Below are positions 35,980 through 47,701 of a stretch of DNA of 64,000 nt, in pieces. Each line of letters opens with the position of its first letter. Within the stretch, counting starts at the first letter, position 1. The DNA comes from Centroscyllium fabricii (Eukaryota): NCBI GenBank assembly GCA_051313645.2, contig JBNRSN020000029.1, positions 22,506,001 to 22,570,000 on the forward strand. The letters are read 5' to 3'. Both the position numbers and the translations under genes were made by a program. The notes beneath the pieces were generated by a model. The model saw only the letters and a list, made by a program, of their open reading frames with translations. It did no database searches and was not told where the DNA came from.

Positions 35980-37110
35980 TTGCTTGGCTCTGTGTAGGAG
36001 CTGTCTGTGTCACTGCAGGAGCTGCCCGGGTCTGTGAAGGCATATCTTGGTCTGTGCAGGATCTGCCTGGGTCTGTATAGGAATGTGTCTGTCTCAGCAG
36101 GAGTTGTCTGTTATTGTGCATGAATATCTGGGTCTGCGTTAGAGTTGTCTGGGTCTGTGTAGGAATTTCTGTGTCTGTGTAGGAATGTCTGGGTCCTGCA
36201 AGGAACATTCTGTGCCTCTCTTGGAACAATCCATTCCCGTGTAGGGTGTGTCCATGTCAGTGTAGGAGCTCATATATAGGTGCAGACTGAGTCATTGTAG
36301 GAATTTTCTGGGTCTATGTAGGAACGAATGGATCGGTGAAGGAGCTCCTGGGTCTGTATATGTGCTCTTTCCTTCAGGGTAGGAGCTCCCTAGCTCTGTG
36401 TAGGACAGTCTCTGCCTGCGGTGGTGCTCCCTGTGTCAGGGTAGGAGCTCCCTGATCTGTGTAGTTACTTTTGTGCCTGTTATGGTATTCCCTCTGTCAG
36501 GGAAGGAGCTCTCCGGATCTGTGTAGTTACGTCTGTGTCTGTTATGGTATTCCCTGTGTCGGGGCAGGAGCTGTCTGGGTCTGTGTAGTTAAGTCTATCC
36601 CTGTGATGGTGCTCCCTGGAGTAGGGCAAGTGCAGATTATGGGTGCGTAGCAAATTCTGTGCCAGTAATGGTGCTCCCTGAATCAGGGCAAGTGCTTACT
36701 GTGCCTGAGTAGGAATATCTGTGCCTGTGGTTGTGCTCCCTGTGTCAGGGTAGGAGCTCCTTCGGTCTGTGTAGTTAAGTCTCTGCTTGTGTCAGCTTAG
36801 GAGCTTACTGGGTCTGTGTACTTAAGTCTGTGACTGTGATGGTGCTCCCTGGAGCAGGGTAATTGCTGTCTGGGTCTGTTCAGGAATGACTGTGCCAGTC
36901 ATGGTGCGCCCTGTCTCGATATAGGAGCTCCTTGTGTCTGTGTAGGAAAGCCTCTGCATGTGATGGTGCTCCCTGTAGCAGTATAGGAGCTCTCTGCGTC
37001 TGTGTCAGAATGTCAATGCCTGTGATGGTGCTTCCTCTGTCAACATAGGGGCTGACTATGTCTGTGTAGGAAAGTATGTGCCAGTGCTGGATCTCCCTGT
37101 GCCGATAGGT
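35980..37110. repeat. Degenerate ~17-bp minisatellite with ~51-bp higher-order period
   Basis: Recurring TCTGTGTAGGA, GGTAGGAGCTCC and GTGATGGTGCTCCCTG blocks. Confidence 0.85.
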
Positions 37111-37892
37111 TAAGGCTAATCCATTGTTTCCCATACGCTAGTAGACCCCAATTCGCTCACGATGGACCAGAAGTTGGGGTCGGAGTCTTCCCGTGGGTGC
37201 AAGCCGCCAACCTGCACTTACCTTGTGCGCCGGCCGTTGAGCTGTGGGAATACCGATCCTGGGCCTGCTTCGAATGTCGGCGTGCTGTGCTCGCATTTCT
37301 CAGCAGCGCAGATAGTGCGATGCTTCCTCTGGGATCACGAGGGCCATGGAGAGCCAATTGCAGCAGAGACTGCTCCATTCATAAGTTTGACAGGAATAGC
37401 TGTCAAAACTTTGAAAACCACAAGCCACAAAAATCACTGAAAATTCAAATAAATGCTTTTCAAAAATCACATTTTTAAAATAACTATAAATTACATTATA
37501 TAGTTATATCAAACAATAATTGAAATATTTCGTAACGGGGCTAAAAATTAGCTCAACTTTCTTTAAAGAATTAAAAAATAATAAACCTGTGGAAAAATGC
37601 TTTAAGTTAAATTAATTCAGCACATAGCTTTTTAAAAGCAAACCTTGCACCTGCTTAATTCGTTTCTATATTTGTCTGAATTACCCGGACAGAAAATCGT
37701 ATCGGAAAACCGCAAGTGCAATGCGTATGCGCTGCCGCTCCCGCGCTTCACCGTGTGACCCCTTATGCAGCGAACGGAAGTGCCGGTTTGCTGCGCATGC
37801 TCAGTGCATACAGAAAAGCGGCACTTTGCAATGGTCTTCGGATGCGGATCCCTTCCGTACACAGGCGTTCAGAGGCCAATTTCTAGGCCATT

Positions 37893-38930
37893 GACTTGGA
37901 TAGGTAGTGTTTTGGAGGACAGAAAGCAGAGAGTAGGAATTAAAGGGTCTTTTTCCGAATGGCAGGCAGTGACAACTGGAGTACCGCAGAGAACGGTCCT
38001 TAGACCCTAGCTATTCACAATATACATTAATGATCTAGATAAGGGAAATAGATGTAATATCTCCAAGTTTCAAGTCGACACAAAGCTGGGTGGGAATGTG
38101 TGCTGCAAGGACCAAGAAACTACAGGACGATTTGGACAGGTTGGGTCATTGGACAGAAGCGTGGCAAATGCACTATAATGTGGATAAATGCGAGGTTATC
38201 AACTTTGGTGTCAAAAACAGGAAGGCAGACTATTAACTGAATGGCAATAGATTGGGAGAAGGTGAAGTACAACGAGACCTGGGTGCCCTTGTGCACCAGT
38301 CGCTGATGGTAAGTATGCAGCTGCAGCAGGCGGTGAAGAAGGCAAATGGCATGTTGGCCTTCATAGCGAAAGGGTTTGAGTACAGGAACAACATCATGAA
38401 TATTGCATGCAGTTTTGTTCGAGTTATCTAAGGAAGAATGTTCCTGCCCTGGATTGAGTGCAGTGAAGATTCACAAGGCTGGAATGACAGATGAGGAGAA
38501 GTTATCTCGATTGGTCTTATACTCGCTGGAGTACAGACGAATGAGAGGGATCTCATCGAAACTTATAAAATTGCAACTGGTCTGGACAGGCTAGATGCAG
38601 GAGGAATGTTCCCGATGATCGGCGAGTCCAGAACCAGGGGTCATACACTTAGGATAAGGGCGTAAGCCATTTAGGACAGATATGAGAAATAATTTATTCA
38701 CCCTGATTTTGGTGAACCTCTGGAATTCTCTACCACAGAATGTAGTTGAGGACAAGTCATTAAATATATTCAAGAAGTAGTTACATATATTTCTTAGAGA
38801 TAAAGGATATGGGGAGAAGGCAAGTACGGGGTACGGAGATTGGATGATCATCCATGATTTTATCGAATGGCGGAGCAGGCTCGAGGGGCCGAATGGCCTA
38901 CTCCTGCTCCTATCTTCTATGTTACTTTGT
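37893..38930 (+). mobile_element. Decayed CR1 LINE RT/3' fragment
   Basis: WIGSVLEDRKQRVGIKGSFSEWQAVTTGVPQ; 3' end GGCCGAATGGCCTACTCCTGCTCCTAT. Confidence 0.88.
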
Positions 38931-39128
38931 TCGCCAGCGATCCTCACATTCCAGGAAGGAATACGAAGTCCAGCATTGCCACGCACAAGGCCGCTTAATA
39001 AACGGATTGTTAATGAAGTGTCCGACTCACTAAATACTGCTTGACCTGATCAATTTTTCCTAGCCCATATATTTTTAATTTGCACTTCGCAACGAACATT
39101 TCTTAGCAAAACCATAAAGGAAACACAA

Positions 39129-39210
39129 AATTATGGCAGCGACTCTAACCCTCGACTTCAGAGCACAATGGATTAGCAGTCCATCGCCTTAACCTCTCGG
39201 CCACCTCGTC
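39129..39210 (-). pseudogene. tRNA-Ser(GCT): 5' two-thirds conserved, T-arm decayed
   Basis: CAGAGCACAATGGATTAGCAGTCCATCGCCTTAACCTCTCGGCCACCTCGTC. Confidence 0.82.
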
Positions 39211-39326
39211 TGCCGGGTGCACTATATTGAATCATTCGATTTCTTGCAACTTCCATCTAAGCAGAAACAACGCTGAAAGGCAACTTCCATCTAAGCAGAA
39301 ACAACGCTGAACGATCCGGAGCGGTT

Positions 39327-39857
39327 GCTATGATGACGCACTGCTTTGAATTTCAGTTGAAATTTAAAATTATATTCATTTTTTTTTAATTTTAAACTTT
39401 GGCCCTTTGGGAAAGATGGCAGAGAGTCCAGTCAATGTTTTAAGTTTAAGTTTGAATTTGTTTTTTTAAGTTGATAAGTTATAGGCGTTTCGATGGTTTC
39501 GGGTGGCCTGGTAGTATTGCAGGCCCCAGATCTCCTCAGCCTCACTCCCAAGGCGCAAGAGCTTTTTCGTCCGTTTCTGGATGCGGGAGCTCGAAGTTCC
39601 TTGGGCCGTGATCGGGCCTCTCCACTCCCGTGGGCGGGAGCCCGAAGTTCGTTGGGCCGTGGTCGGGCCTCTTCACTCCCATGGGCGGGATCCCGAAGTT
39701 CGTCGGGCCGTGGTCTGGCCTCTCTGTGTATCTCTATGTTATTTTGTTGCACGGTTTAATGTACAGCACGTGTGTAAATAGCAGTAAGCATTTCACTGTT
39801 TGAATTTTCTGTTCAATTCATGTGACAATAACATTTTAACTTACTTACTTACTTACT
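39327..39857 (+). mobile_element. Putative non-autonomous retroposon with internal 51-bp tandem repeat and (TTAC)n tail
   Basis: Interrupts module flank CGGTT|TAAAxAGA..AGTGAACC; ~2.8 x 51-bp units at 39584-39724; TGACAATAAC precedes the tail. Confidence 0.55.
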
Positions 39858-39912
39858 TTAAATAGATGCAGAGTGAACCGTGACTGACAACAATCACGGG
39901 TACGATTAGTAG

Positions 39913-39947
39913 CGATATCAGACGCCGTATCCATTAGGACAAAGGTA
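39913..39947 (-). pseudogene. Old tRNA-Arg(TCG)-like 5' fragment
   Basis: Minus: CCTAATGGATACGGCGTCTGATATCG. Confidence 0.5.
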
Positions 39948-40587
39948 TTGCTTGTGCAGTCCGACTATTTTGCTTCTGATGGCCGGCCCTGCTTCACAAT
40001 GCTTGTCTGTCGAGCGGTCCCGCAGGACTGAATTTATCAACTGGTTTCACCGCGCCAATTGAGATTGGTGCGAATGGGAGATGTGCCCGCAGGAACAACG
40101 ATGGTCGCAGAGCAAACGTAAGAGTGGTGAAGTTAAGCAGGTGACTGTGAATGATAGATTAAGTTAATACCTCAGGAATGTGGTAATGAAATGGAGGGAG
40201 GAAAGAAAAGGAGGGATATTGATAGTGGAAGAAACAAAAAGCTGGGAGAAGAGACGGTTGAATTTTGAATCATCAAACTCAGGCACTTGAGAGCGCGGGA
40301 ATTGATGGAGGAAAAAGGTCTTCACCGCCAAAAAATAATATTTGTTTCAGGTAGTAATGATTGATTTCTTGTTTAATTCTATCAGCAGGTGCCGCAGAGG
40401 ACACAATACATAAAGCGAGTTGCACCTTGACTGGGATTCAAAGCAATGCAAATTACTGGAGACTATACGAACACGGCACTACACAGCAGCTGCTGGTGCT
40501 CTGCTCTGACCACAGCAAAGTAACGCACGGCACTGCTTAGAAAAGATAGATTTTTGGAGAAGGCCAAATCAGCACCGCCAGAAATTA

Positions 40588-40639
40588 TGACAGCGGTGGA
40601 ATAAGACCAAGGCCCAGAGCGACTGGAGCCTTAATCCAG
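40588..40639 (-). pseudogene. tRNA-Leu(AAG) 3' fragment
   Basis: Minus: CTGGATTAAGGCTCCAGTCGCTCTGGGCCTTGGTCTTATTCCACCGCTGTCA. Confidence 0.7.
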
Positions 40640-40730
40640 AATGGGTACTGATGCAGCCGCAGTTACATTTAAAAGGATTGTCGCCCTTTCACATGAGAAG
40701 AAACTCACCCCTGGCGAGTCATAACAAAGT

Positions 40731-40736
40731 AAAAAA
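40731..40736 (-). terminator. Pol III oligo(T) terminator of tRNA-Thr(AGT)
   Basis: T6 immediately after the discriminator base. Confidence 0.8.
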
Positions 40737-40810
40737 AGGCCCCGCTGGAAATCGAACCCAGCATCTCCTGTTTACTAGACAAGCGCTTTGACCAGCTAAG
40801 ACACGGAGCC
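40737..40810 (-). tRNA. tRNA-Thr(AGT), full length with G10>T and C61>T (possible pseudogene)
   Basis: Minus: GGCTCCGTGTCTTAGCTGGTCAAAGCGCTTGTCTAGTAAACAGGAGATGCTGGGTTCGATTTCCAGCGGGGCCT. Confidence 0.88.
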
Positions 40811-41109
40811 AAGCTACACATACAGTGCCCGCCTCCACTCACTGATATCTATCAGCTTCTGGTCACTCACTGCTGGAGACCGAGGCGTTTTTTTTATTTA
40901 TCCATCTCTCTTGTCCGCCTTGTTTCGGGATTCTGTGTGTATCTCTCGCAGCTTTTATCTCAGTGTCAATCTGTGAGTTGATTCTGATTGAATGTCTGTG
41001 TTTGTGTCTTACATTAAATAAATTAGGTTATCAGACAATTCTTCCTCTGCAACTGATTGTGGACTCGACCCCCTTTCGTGCCTGGAGATATTTTATCACC
41101 TTTAACGTG

Positions 41110-41940
41110 AATTGTTTTGAAGTTTTCTCCTGATGAACTCTATCAAACTCATTCATAATTTTGAACACTTCTATCAAATCTCTTCTTGGAATTCTCTGCT
41201 CTAAAAAGGAAATTCCCACACATCTCCATTCTCATCACATAAATGACATCCATCACCCCTGGTACCATTTTAGTATATCTATTCTGCATTCTCTCCAAAA
41301 TCTTGACTTTCATCTTAAAATGTGGTGCCCAGAATTGAAGACAATTCTCCAGCTGAGGCCTCACCTGTGTTTTTAAAGTTATAGCCTAACTTGCTTGCTT
41401 TTGAAATCTATTACTAAAGCCAAGGATCCCACGTGCTTTTTTACCAGCCTTCTCAACTTGGCTGGACAGATTCACAGATCTGTGTACGCACACAGCATGT
41501 CGCCCAATACCTGCACCCACTTTAAAATTGTACCATTTATAGGCAGTTAATAAACTGCAGGGGAGAATTTCCTGACCAGTTTCGGGGCCAGTGATCTCCA
41601 GCGGGAGCCGATTAAAGTAAATATTTGTTCACTTTGAAATGTTACCATTGAATTAATGTTGCCTCTTTTCTTCATCCTACCACAATGTATAACTTCAAAT
41701 TTTCTGCGTTAAATTACATCTGTTACGTGTCTGCCCATTTCACCAGTCTGTATATGTCCTCATGTAACCTGTTACTATCCTCCTCAGTATTTACTACATT
41801 ACAATCTTTCGTATTGTCTGCAAACTTTCAAATTATGCCCGCTCTACCCAAGTTCAGGTCATCAATTTTCATTAAAAAAGCGGCGGTCCTCCTGTCGACC
41901 ACTTGGTCCACCACTCTATCCTTCCTTCCAGTCTGAGCAG
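41110..41940 (-). mobile_element. Decayed CR1 fragment, old paralog of 3570-4230
   Basis: RPQLENCLQFWAPHF and RRDLIEVFKIMNEFD frames. Confidence 0.75.
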
Positions 41941-42679
41941 CTGATATCCTCACTCATCCACTCTATCTGCACAAATTGCCTGACCTGCGGAACAATTCAA
42001 ATAGAGAGTGAGAAACGAAAGCAGATAACCTTCAATACTGAGATCCATTGATTTATGTTAGGCATGGTTATTAAAGGTTCCAGGAACAATGGAGTTAAGG
42101 TACAGAACAGCCATGACCAACTGAATGGTGGAACATGTTCGAGGTGCGGAATGATCACATCATGTTCCTTTGTACAGAGATCCACACACTCAAATCCAAA
42201 CACAACATCACAAACCCGCAGAGTTAGAGGCATAGAGAAACAAAGCTGGAGAGATAAGCACGCAGACAGGGAAATAATCTGAGACAGATAGAAAGATAGT
42301 GACAGAGAGAATGCGAGACAGCAGAGAGAGAAACAGAATACGAGGTAGAAACTGGGTCAAAGAGAGACAGAGGAAGAGGAACAGACAGAGAGTGACAAAG
42401 AGAGAGAAATGAAGAAACAGGCTCAGAAGTAGCGAGTCATTGGAGTGTACAGCATCTCAAATAGAACATTATAAAATGTTAGAAATAACTAAGAATGAAG
42501 TTGCCTTTATTCACCATTTCCACATTGCGCAAGTCTGCCTCTCTCTCAGGGCTTCCCATCTAAGGAGGAGACCGTGCAGAGAGAATGGGGTCCCAGTGAT
42601 TCCCCATAGTAACTAGCCCCGGGACAGACTGCGGTTGCATGTCGCTGTTTAGTTATAAAGAAGGAGGGACACCGTCTGA

Positions 42680-43312
42680 TAGAGATTTAGACACAGAAAT
42701 AGAGAGAAACAAACAGACAGAGACAGAGACAGCGAGAGAGAGATTGAGAGATAGAGAGATAAATATATATAGAGGGAAAGAGAGAGAGAGCGGGAAAGAG
42801 AGTTAGAGAGAGAAAAATAGATAGAGAGAGAAAGAGAGAGAGAGAGCGGGAAAGAGAGTTAGAGGGAGAGAAATAGATTGAGAGAGAAAGAGAGAGAGAC
42901 AGAGAGAGAGGGAGTAACAAACAGACAGAGACAGCTGTAGAGCGGGAGAGAGAAAAAGAGGGAGACAAATAGATAGATAGAGAGTGAGATAAACAAACAG
43001 ATAGAGACAGCGAGACAGAGGGAGAGAGAGAGAAATAGATAGAGAAAGAGAGAGAGAGAGAAACAAACAGACAGAGACAGCGAGAGTGAGGGAGAGAGAT
43101 TGTGAAAGTGATATATATATAGATATATATATATATATATAAAGATAGATAGATAGATAGAGAGAGAGAAAGAGAGAGAGAGAAACAAACAGACTGAGAC
43201 AGCGAGAGAGAGGGTGAGAGATAGAGAAATAGATAGAGAGAGATAGAGAGAGATAAATAGAGCGAGAGAAATAGAGGGAGTGGGAAAGCGAGAGAGCGGG
43301 AAAGAGAGGAAG
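42680..43312. repeat. GA/TA compound microsatellite
   Basis: (GA)n, (GATA)n and (TA)n runs. Confidence 0.95.
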
Positions 43313-46300
43313 AAACTGTTGGGAATTTGCTGCAGTTTCCCAAGTCCAGGGCGGGAACATCAAGTTCTAACACAATTGGCTGTAAGCGCTGTGGGATATT
43401 CTGAAGTCGGGAAAAGAGATACAATACAACTCCTTCCGTTGATCATCTTTACAAACTGCTGGGGTTAACAATTAAATAGGTTGACAAGACTATTTATATA
43501 TTTCTCCCCGTCTGTCCCCCTCCCTCTCTCTGTCTCCATCACTCATGTTTCTTCCTTCCCGCTCTGTGACACTCTCGTTGTCTCTGTCTCTCTCTCTCTC
43601 TCTCTCTCATACCCGCAGAATAGCGAATCACAGGGTCAAAGAAGGAAACTGATTTGTGTCTCTGTCCTGTTTCAAAACCGCAAAATGAAAGAATCCCGCG
43701 ATGATGGCTCGGTCGGAATAGTTTCTGCGGGGAGTTTGACCTTCCCCCAGAGGTGGCGAGAGAAAAGGACGCGAGGCTATTAAGAGGCTTCACGAAACTA
43801 ATTGCATTAATGTCTGGAGTCTAAAGCAATTTCGGATGTAAGAAATTTTCAGACACTTTACATCGAATGTACAGCACGGGAAAAGGCATTTCGGCGCAAC
43901 TGGTCTCTGCCGGCGTTTATGCCGCACACGAGTCATCTCACTTTCAGCATATATTTCTATTGCTGTCTCCCTCATGGAATTATCTAACTTCCCCTGACAT
44001 GTATCAATGCTATTTATCTCAACTGTTCCTTGTGTTAGCGCGTACTTTGTGTAAATGACTATCTGCTGAACTCCCTATTGGATTTAGCAGTGTCTAACTT
44101 ATATTGGTGACATCTAGCTTTACTTACCGCGACAGAAGAGCTTTCCGCTCCCCGCCAGCGCTCGGAGACCGATAAATCCGTCAGGTGCAGCATTCATCCC
44201 CAGGGCTGAAATATTTCTCGGTTTAAACGCCTGTTGTCAGCCGACTGCAGCGCATCCAATGCTGAAAATGAGCGACAATGATCTTGAAACAGTGAACAGG
44301 TCAGTGCGTCACAGAGCGGAACTGACAGTAACCTAACTATCTTTATTATTTCACATCTTTATCTTCTATACCCAAAGGAATACAAGCCTTGACTGTGCAG
44401 ATGTTCTCAATAATCTAACCCGCTTAGCCCCGGTATCATTCTGGTGAATCTGCGTTGCACCCACGCCAAGGCCAATCTTTATTTCCTGAGGTGCGGTAAC
44501 CGGAATTCAACGCAGGACACCAGATGTGGTTTAAGCAGAACTTTATGCAACATATGAACATAGGAACACGAGTGGGCCATTTAGCCCCTCCAGCCTGTTC
44601 CGCCATTCAATGGCAGCATGGCTGATCTGCGACCGAACTCCATATACCCGCATTTGGACAATATCCCTTAATACCATTGGTGAACGAAAATCTATCAATC
44701 TTAGATGTAAAATTAACATTTGATCCAGCATCAATTATTGTTTGTGGAAGAGAGTTCCAAACTTCTACAACGCATTGCGAGCAGACAAATACCCCTAGTC
44801 CTAGACTCTCCAAACAGCAGAAATACTTTTTCTCTTTCTGTCCTATCTATTCCCTTTAATATCTTGAAATCGTCGATTAATTCTTGCCTTAAACTTTAAA
44901 TTATCGGGAAAACAACCGTACTTCGTGTAATCTCTCCCCCTAATTTAACCCTTGGAGTCCGCATTTCATTCTGGTAAACCTGCATTGCATTCCCTCCAAG
45001 GCCAATATATGTGCAGCTTTCAAAATATCTTAGAACAATTTGTCCGTGACGACAAATACACTCTGTGTACAGGTATATTCTGTTAAGTAACGCAGTTTTA
45101 GTAAGCAATAGACATCCAGCAGAAAGAAGTTATGCTTAACAAGACGATAGTCGCAGTCCTTTCGTTGAACCGCAGTGTTCCTTCCGAGTGACTGTGGAGC
45201 GGTCTCCTGAAGCATCTTGCTGTGTTTAGTTGACTGAAGCTCCTTTCAATCTCTGGTTATGCGGTGTGCGCTACTTTAAGTGTTCCAGACTTGTATCTTT
45301 GTACCCTTTTCCCTATCGTTTTGCTTTCGGTGCAGAATTTAGCCCTCTGACAGCTGGTAAAAGTATTGCTTCCATCGTTAGCCATCTAATGACCTTTTTT
45401 TGTCCCACTAGGTCTCTTTCTGTGCACAACATAGTACAGTTATCTTAGATGTTCACTTTTCATTAACAGTTCTCAAAATGTGTTCTGAGCAGTCTGTCCA
45501 TCCTATAGCTGTGTAAATGAAATATGTGTCCAACTCCTCTCTCTTTCTCTAGTTCTTGTCTCTTTAAGCATCATATTACTCAAGTACTCGTGCACAGCGG
45601 TCTCCATAAGCTTAGCAATAAATTCCGTTACTTCAGTAACTGGTAACACAGCAGCTTAAGTCAGGTTGCCATAATTTTCCATCCTGCTTTTCTCCCAACC
45701 AGCGCCGTTTTATACAGGCGTTTAACATGCAATTTCACATATTATAGTTCTTAATAATGTTTATAAAACCTACAGCTACACTCATTCCTACAAATGGTTA
45801 CTAAGCTGTGGTTGCCGAGAGCTGTTCACCGTGCATTAGGTGTGGGCTGCAACCTCACCCAATCGACCTCGCAAAATCCTGCCCACGTCCTTGTGCTCAG
45901 CATGGGAGAGCTGTCCAGCAGAGTAGTCCAGTAACAACGTAGCATTGTCGTACTCAAATACTCCTACTCAAAGAATCACAACTTTTCACAAAGTTCCAGA
46001 TTCCCTCCTCACCATCCCTGTGTGCTTCCTGTCCCACCGGTAGGACAGACCCACCAGAGATGGGGTTCACATGTCCCATTGGTAGCAATAGTCATTGGTG
46101 CAAGATTCCATTCGATACATTTAGATCGGCCTGACCACAAATTCTCAAATTACTGACCTGCACCGTGTGTTTTACCTCCGCAATCATTATTGTGCTGATT
46201 TACCGATATTCAATTTGTTGCGTAACCACAAGTCTAAATGAATCTCCATGATATTTAACTGTAATATAAGTTATTAAGAACAGTACGAATACTCTGCAGG

Positions 46301-47605
46301 ATAATGAATATAAACAGCAGGAATATTACAAAAAAATCGAAAAAGTTTCAAAAACTCAGCAGGTCGTGCAGCATCTGTGGACATGATGTGGTGGTGCCGG
46401 TGTTGGATTGGGGTGGACAAATGCAAGAAGTCACACAACACCAGGTTATAGTCCAACAGTTTTATTTTAAATCACAAGCTTTCGGAGCGGCTGCCCCTTC
46501 GTCAGGTGAAAGACAAGTTGATTTAAAGAACGCACGAGAAGCTGCCGGGGGAAGAATCAGCCTCTGCTCCCTTTTCAGCGGCTGCTGAAAACCTGCCTCC
46601 AGAATATAAACTGAATGTAGATTTGCAATTAACCTTCAGGGTAGAGCCGAAACACAGCTGTCGGGTTTAAATATATCCAACCAGAGGCAGCGTTAAATCT
46701 CATGTATTACTGAAATGCCTCAATATATCAATAAGAAAATAAGTGTGTTTAAACTGCAGTGGGGTGATATAACGTAGATTCGGGGCCAGTAGTATCCAAA
46801 GTGATCTTTCCAGTGACTCTCTCGCCTCTCTCTTCCCTTTCTCCCACATGCTGCCGGTTTTTAAACCTTGTTTTAAATCTGCTGCTCTGGGCCAGTGTAT
46901 TCCACAGTCTCACAGCCCGTTCTACAAATATCGTTTCACTTCTATGTTTATTGGTTCTGGGTATAGAAAAGAAAAATAAACATGTTTTGCATTTATCTAG
47001 CAAGTTATAAAAAGCTTTACGACAAATGAAGTACTTTCGAAGTGTAGTCACTGTTGTGTTATAGGATACGTGGCAGCCAAATTGCGCACAGCAAGCTGCC
47101 ACAATTAGATAGGAACCGATATCCTGTTTTAGTGATGTTGATTGAGGGATAAATATTAGCCATGACACAGGGATAATTACCCTGCTCTTCGTCGAAATTG
47201 CCTTTGCTGTTCAGCTGAGAGGCCAAACAGGGCCTCGGTTTATCGGCTCATCCAAAAGACGGCATCTCCGATAGTGCAGCGCTCCCTCAGTATTGCACTG
47301 AACTGTCAGCCTAGATTTTCATTCTCAAGTCTTGGAATAGTTAGTGGATTTCAGGAGGCGGGAGGAATCTCTCCCAAGCTCCACCTTAAATTCCGCACAG
47401 ACATTACCCATAAACCCTTCAATTTAGTTGCAAGCATCTCTCTATCTCTCCATAACTATATATTTGTTCTCTCTGATTTGCCACTGTTAAGCTTCGGAGG
47501 CTTCATTGAACAGCCACTTCTGATCAAATCTGTAACATCAGCGGAAATGGGAAAAAAAATGTAACGACTCAGGCAAAACGTCACCACCGAAACCTGGCTA
47601 AATAA

Positions 47606-47701
47606 CGACTGTGGTGGGACTCGAACCCACAACTTTTGAATGACTTTACCCAATTATCATTAATCAGTAGTCCAATGCACTATCCATTGCGCCACAGAGC
47701 C
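47606..47701 (-). pseudogene. tRNA-Arg(TCT)-derived gene, anticodon now ACT, intron region 6 nt longer
   Basis: Minus: GGCTCTGTGGCGCAATGGATAGTGCATTGGACTACTGATTAATGATAATTGGGTAAAGTCATTCAAAAGTTGTGGGTTCGAGTCCCACCACAGTCG. Confidence 0.88.

Noticed and set aside
37115-37890. GC-rich/AT-core segment resembling a MITE
   Set aside because: Only one plausible terminus (CCAATTTCTAGGCC); matching end not found.
42687-43424. Long Ser/Leu-rich ORFs (also 4834-5521)
   Set aside because: Translation of GA/TC microsatellite and N gaps.
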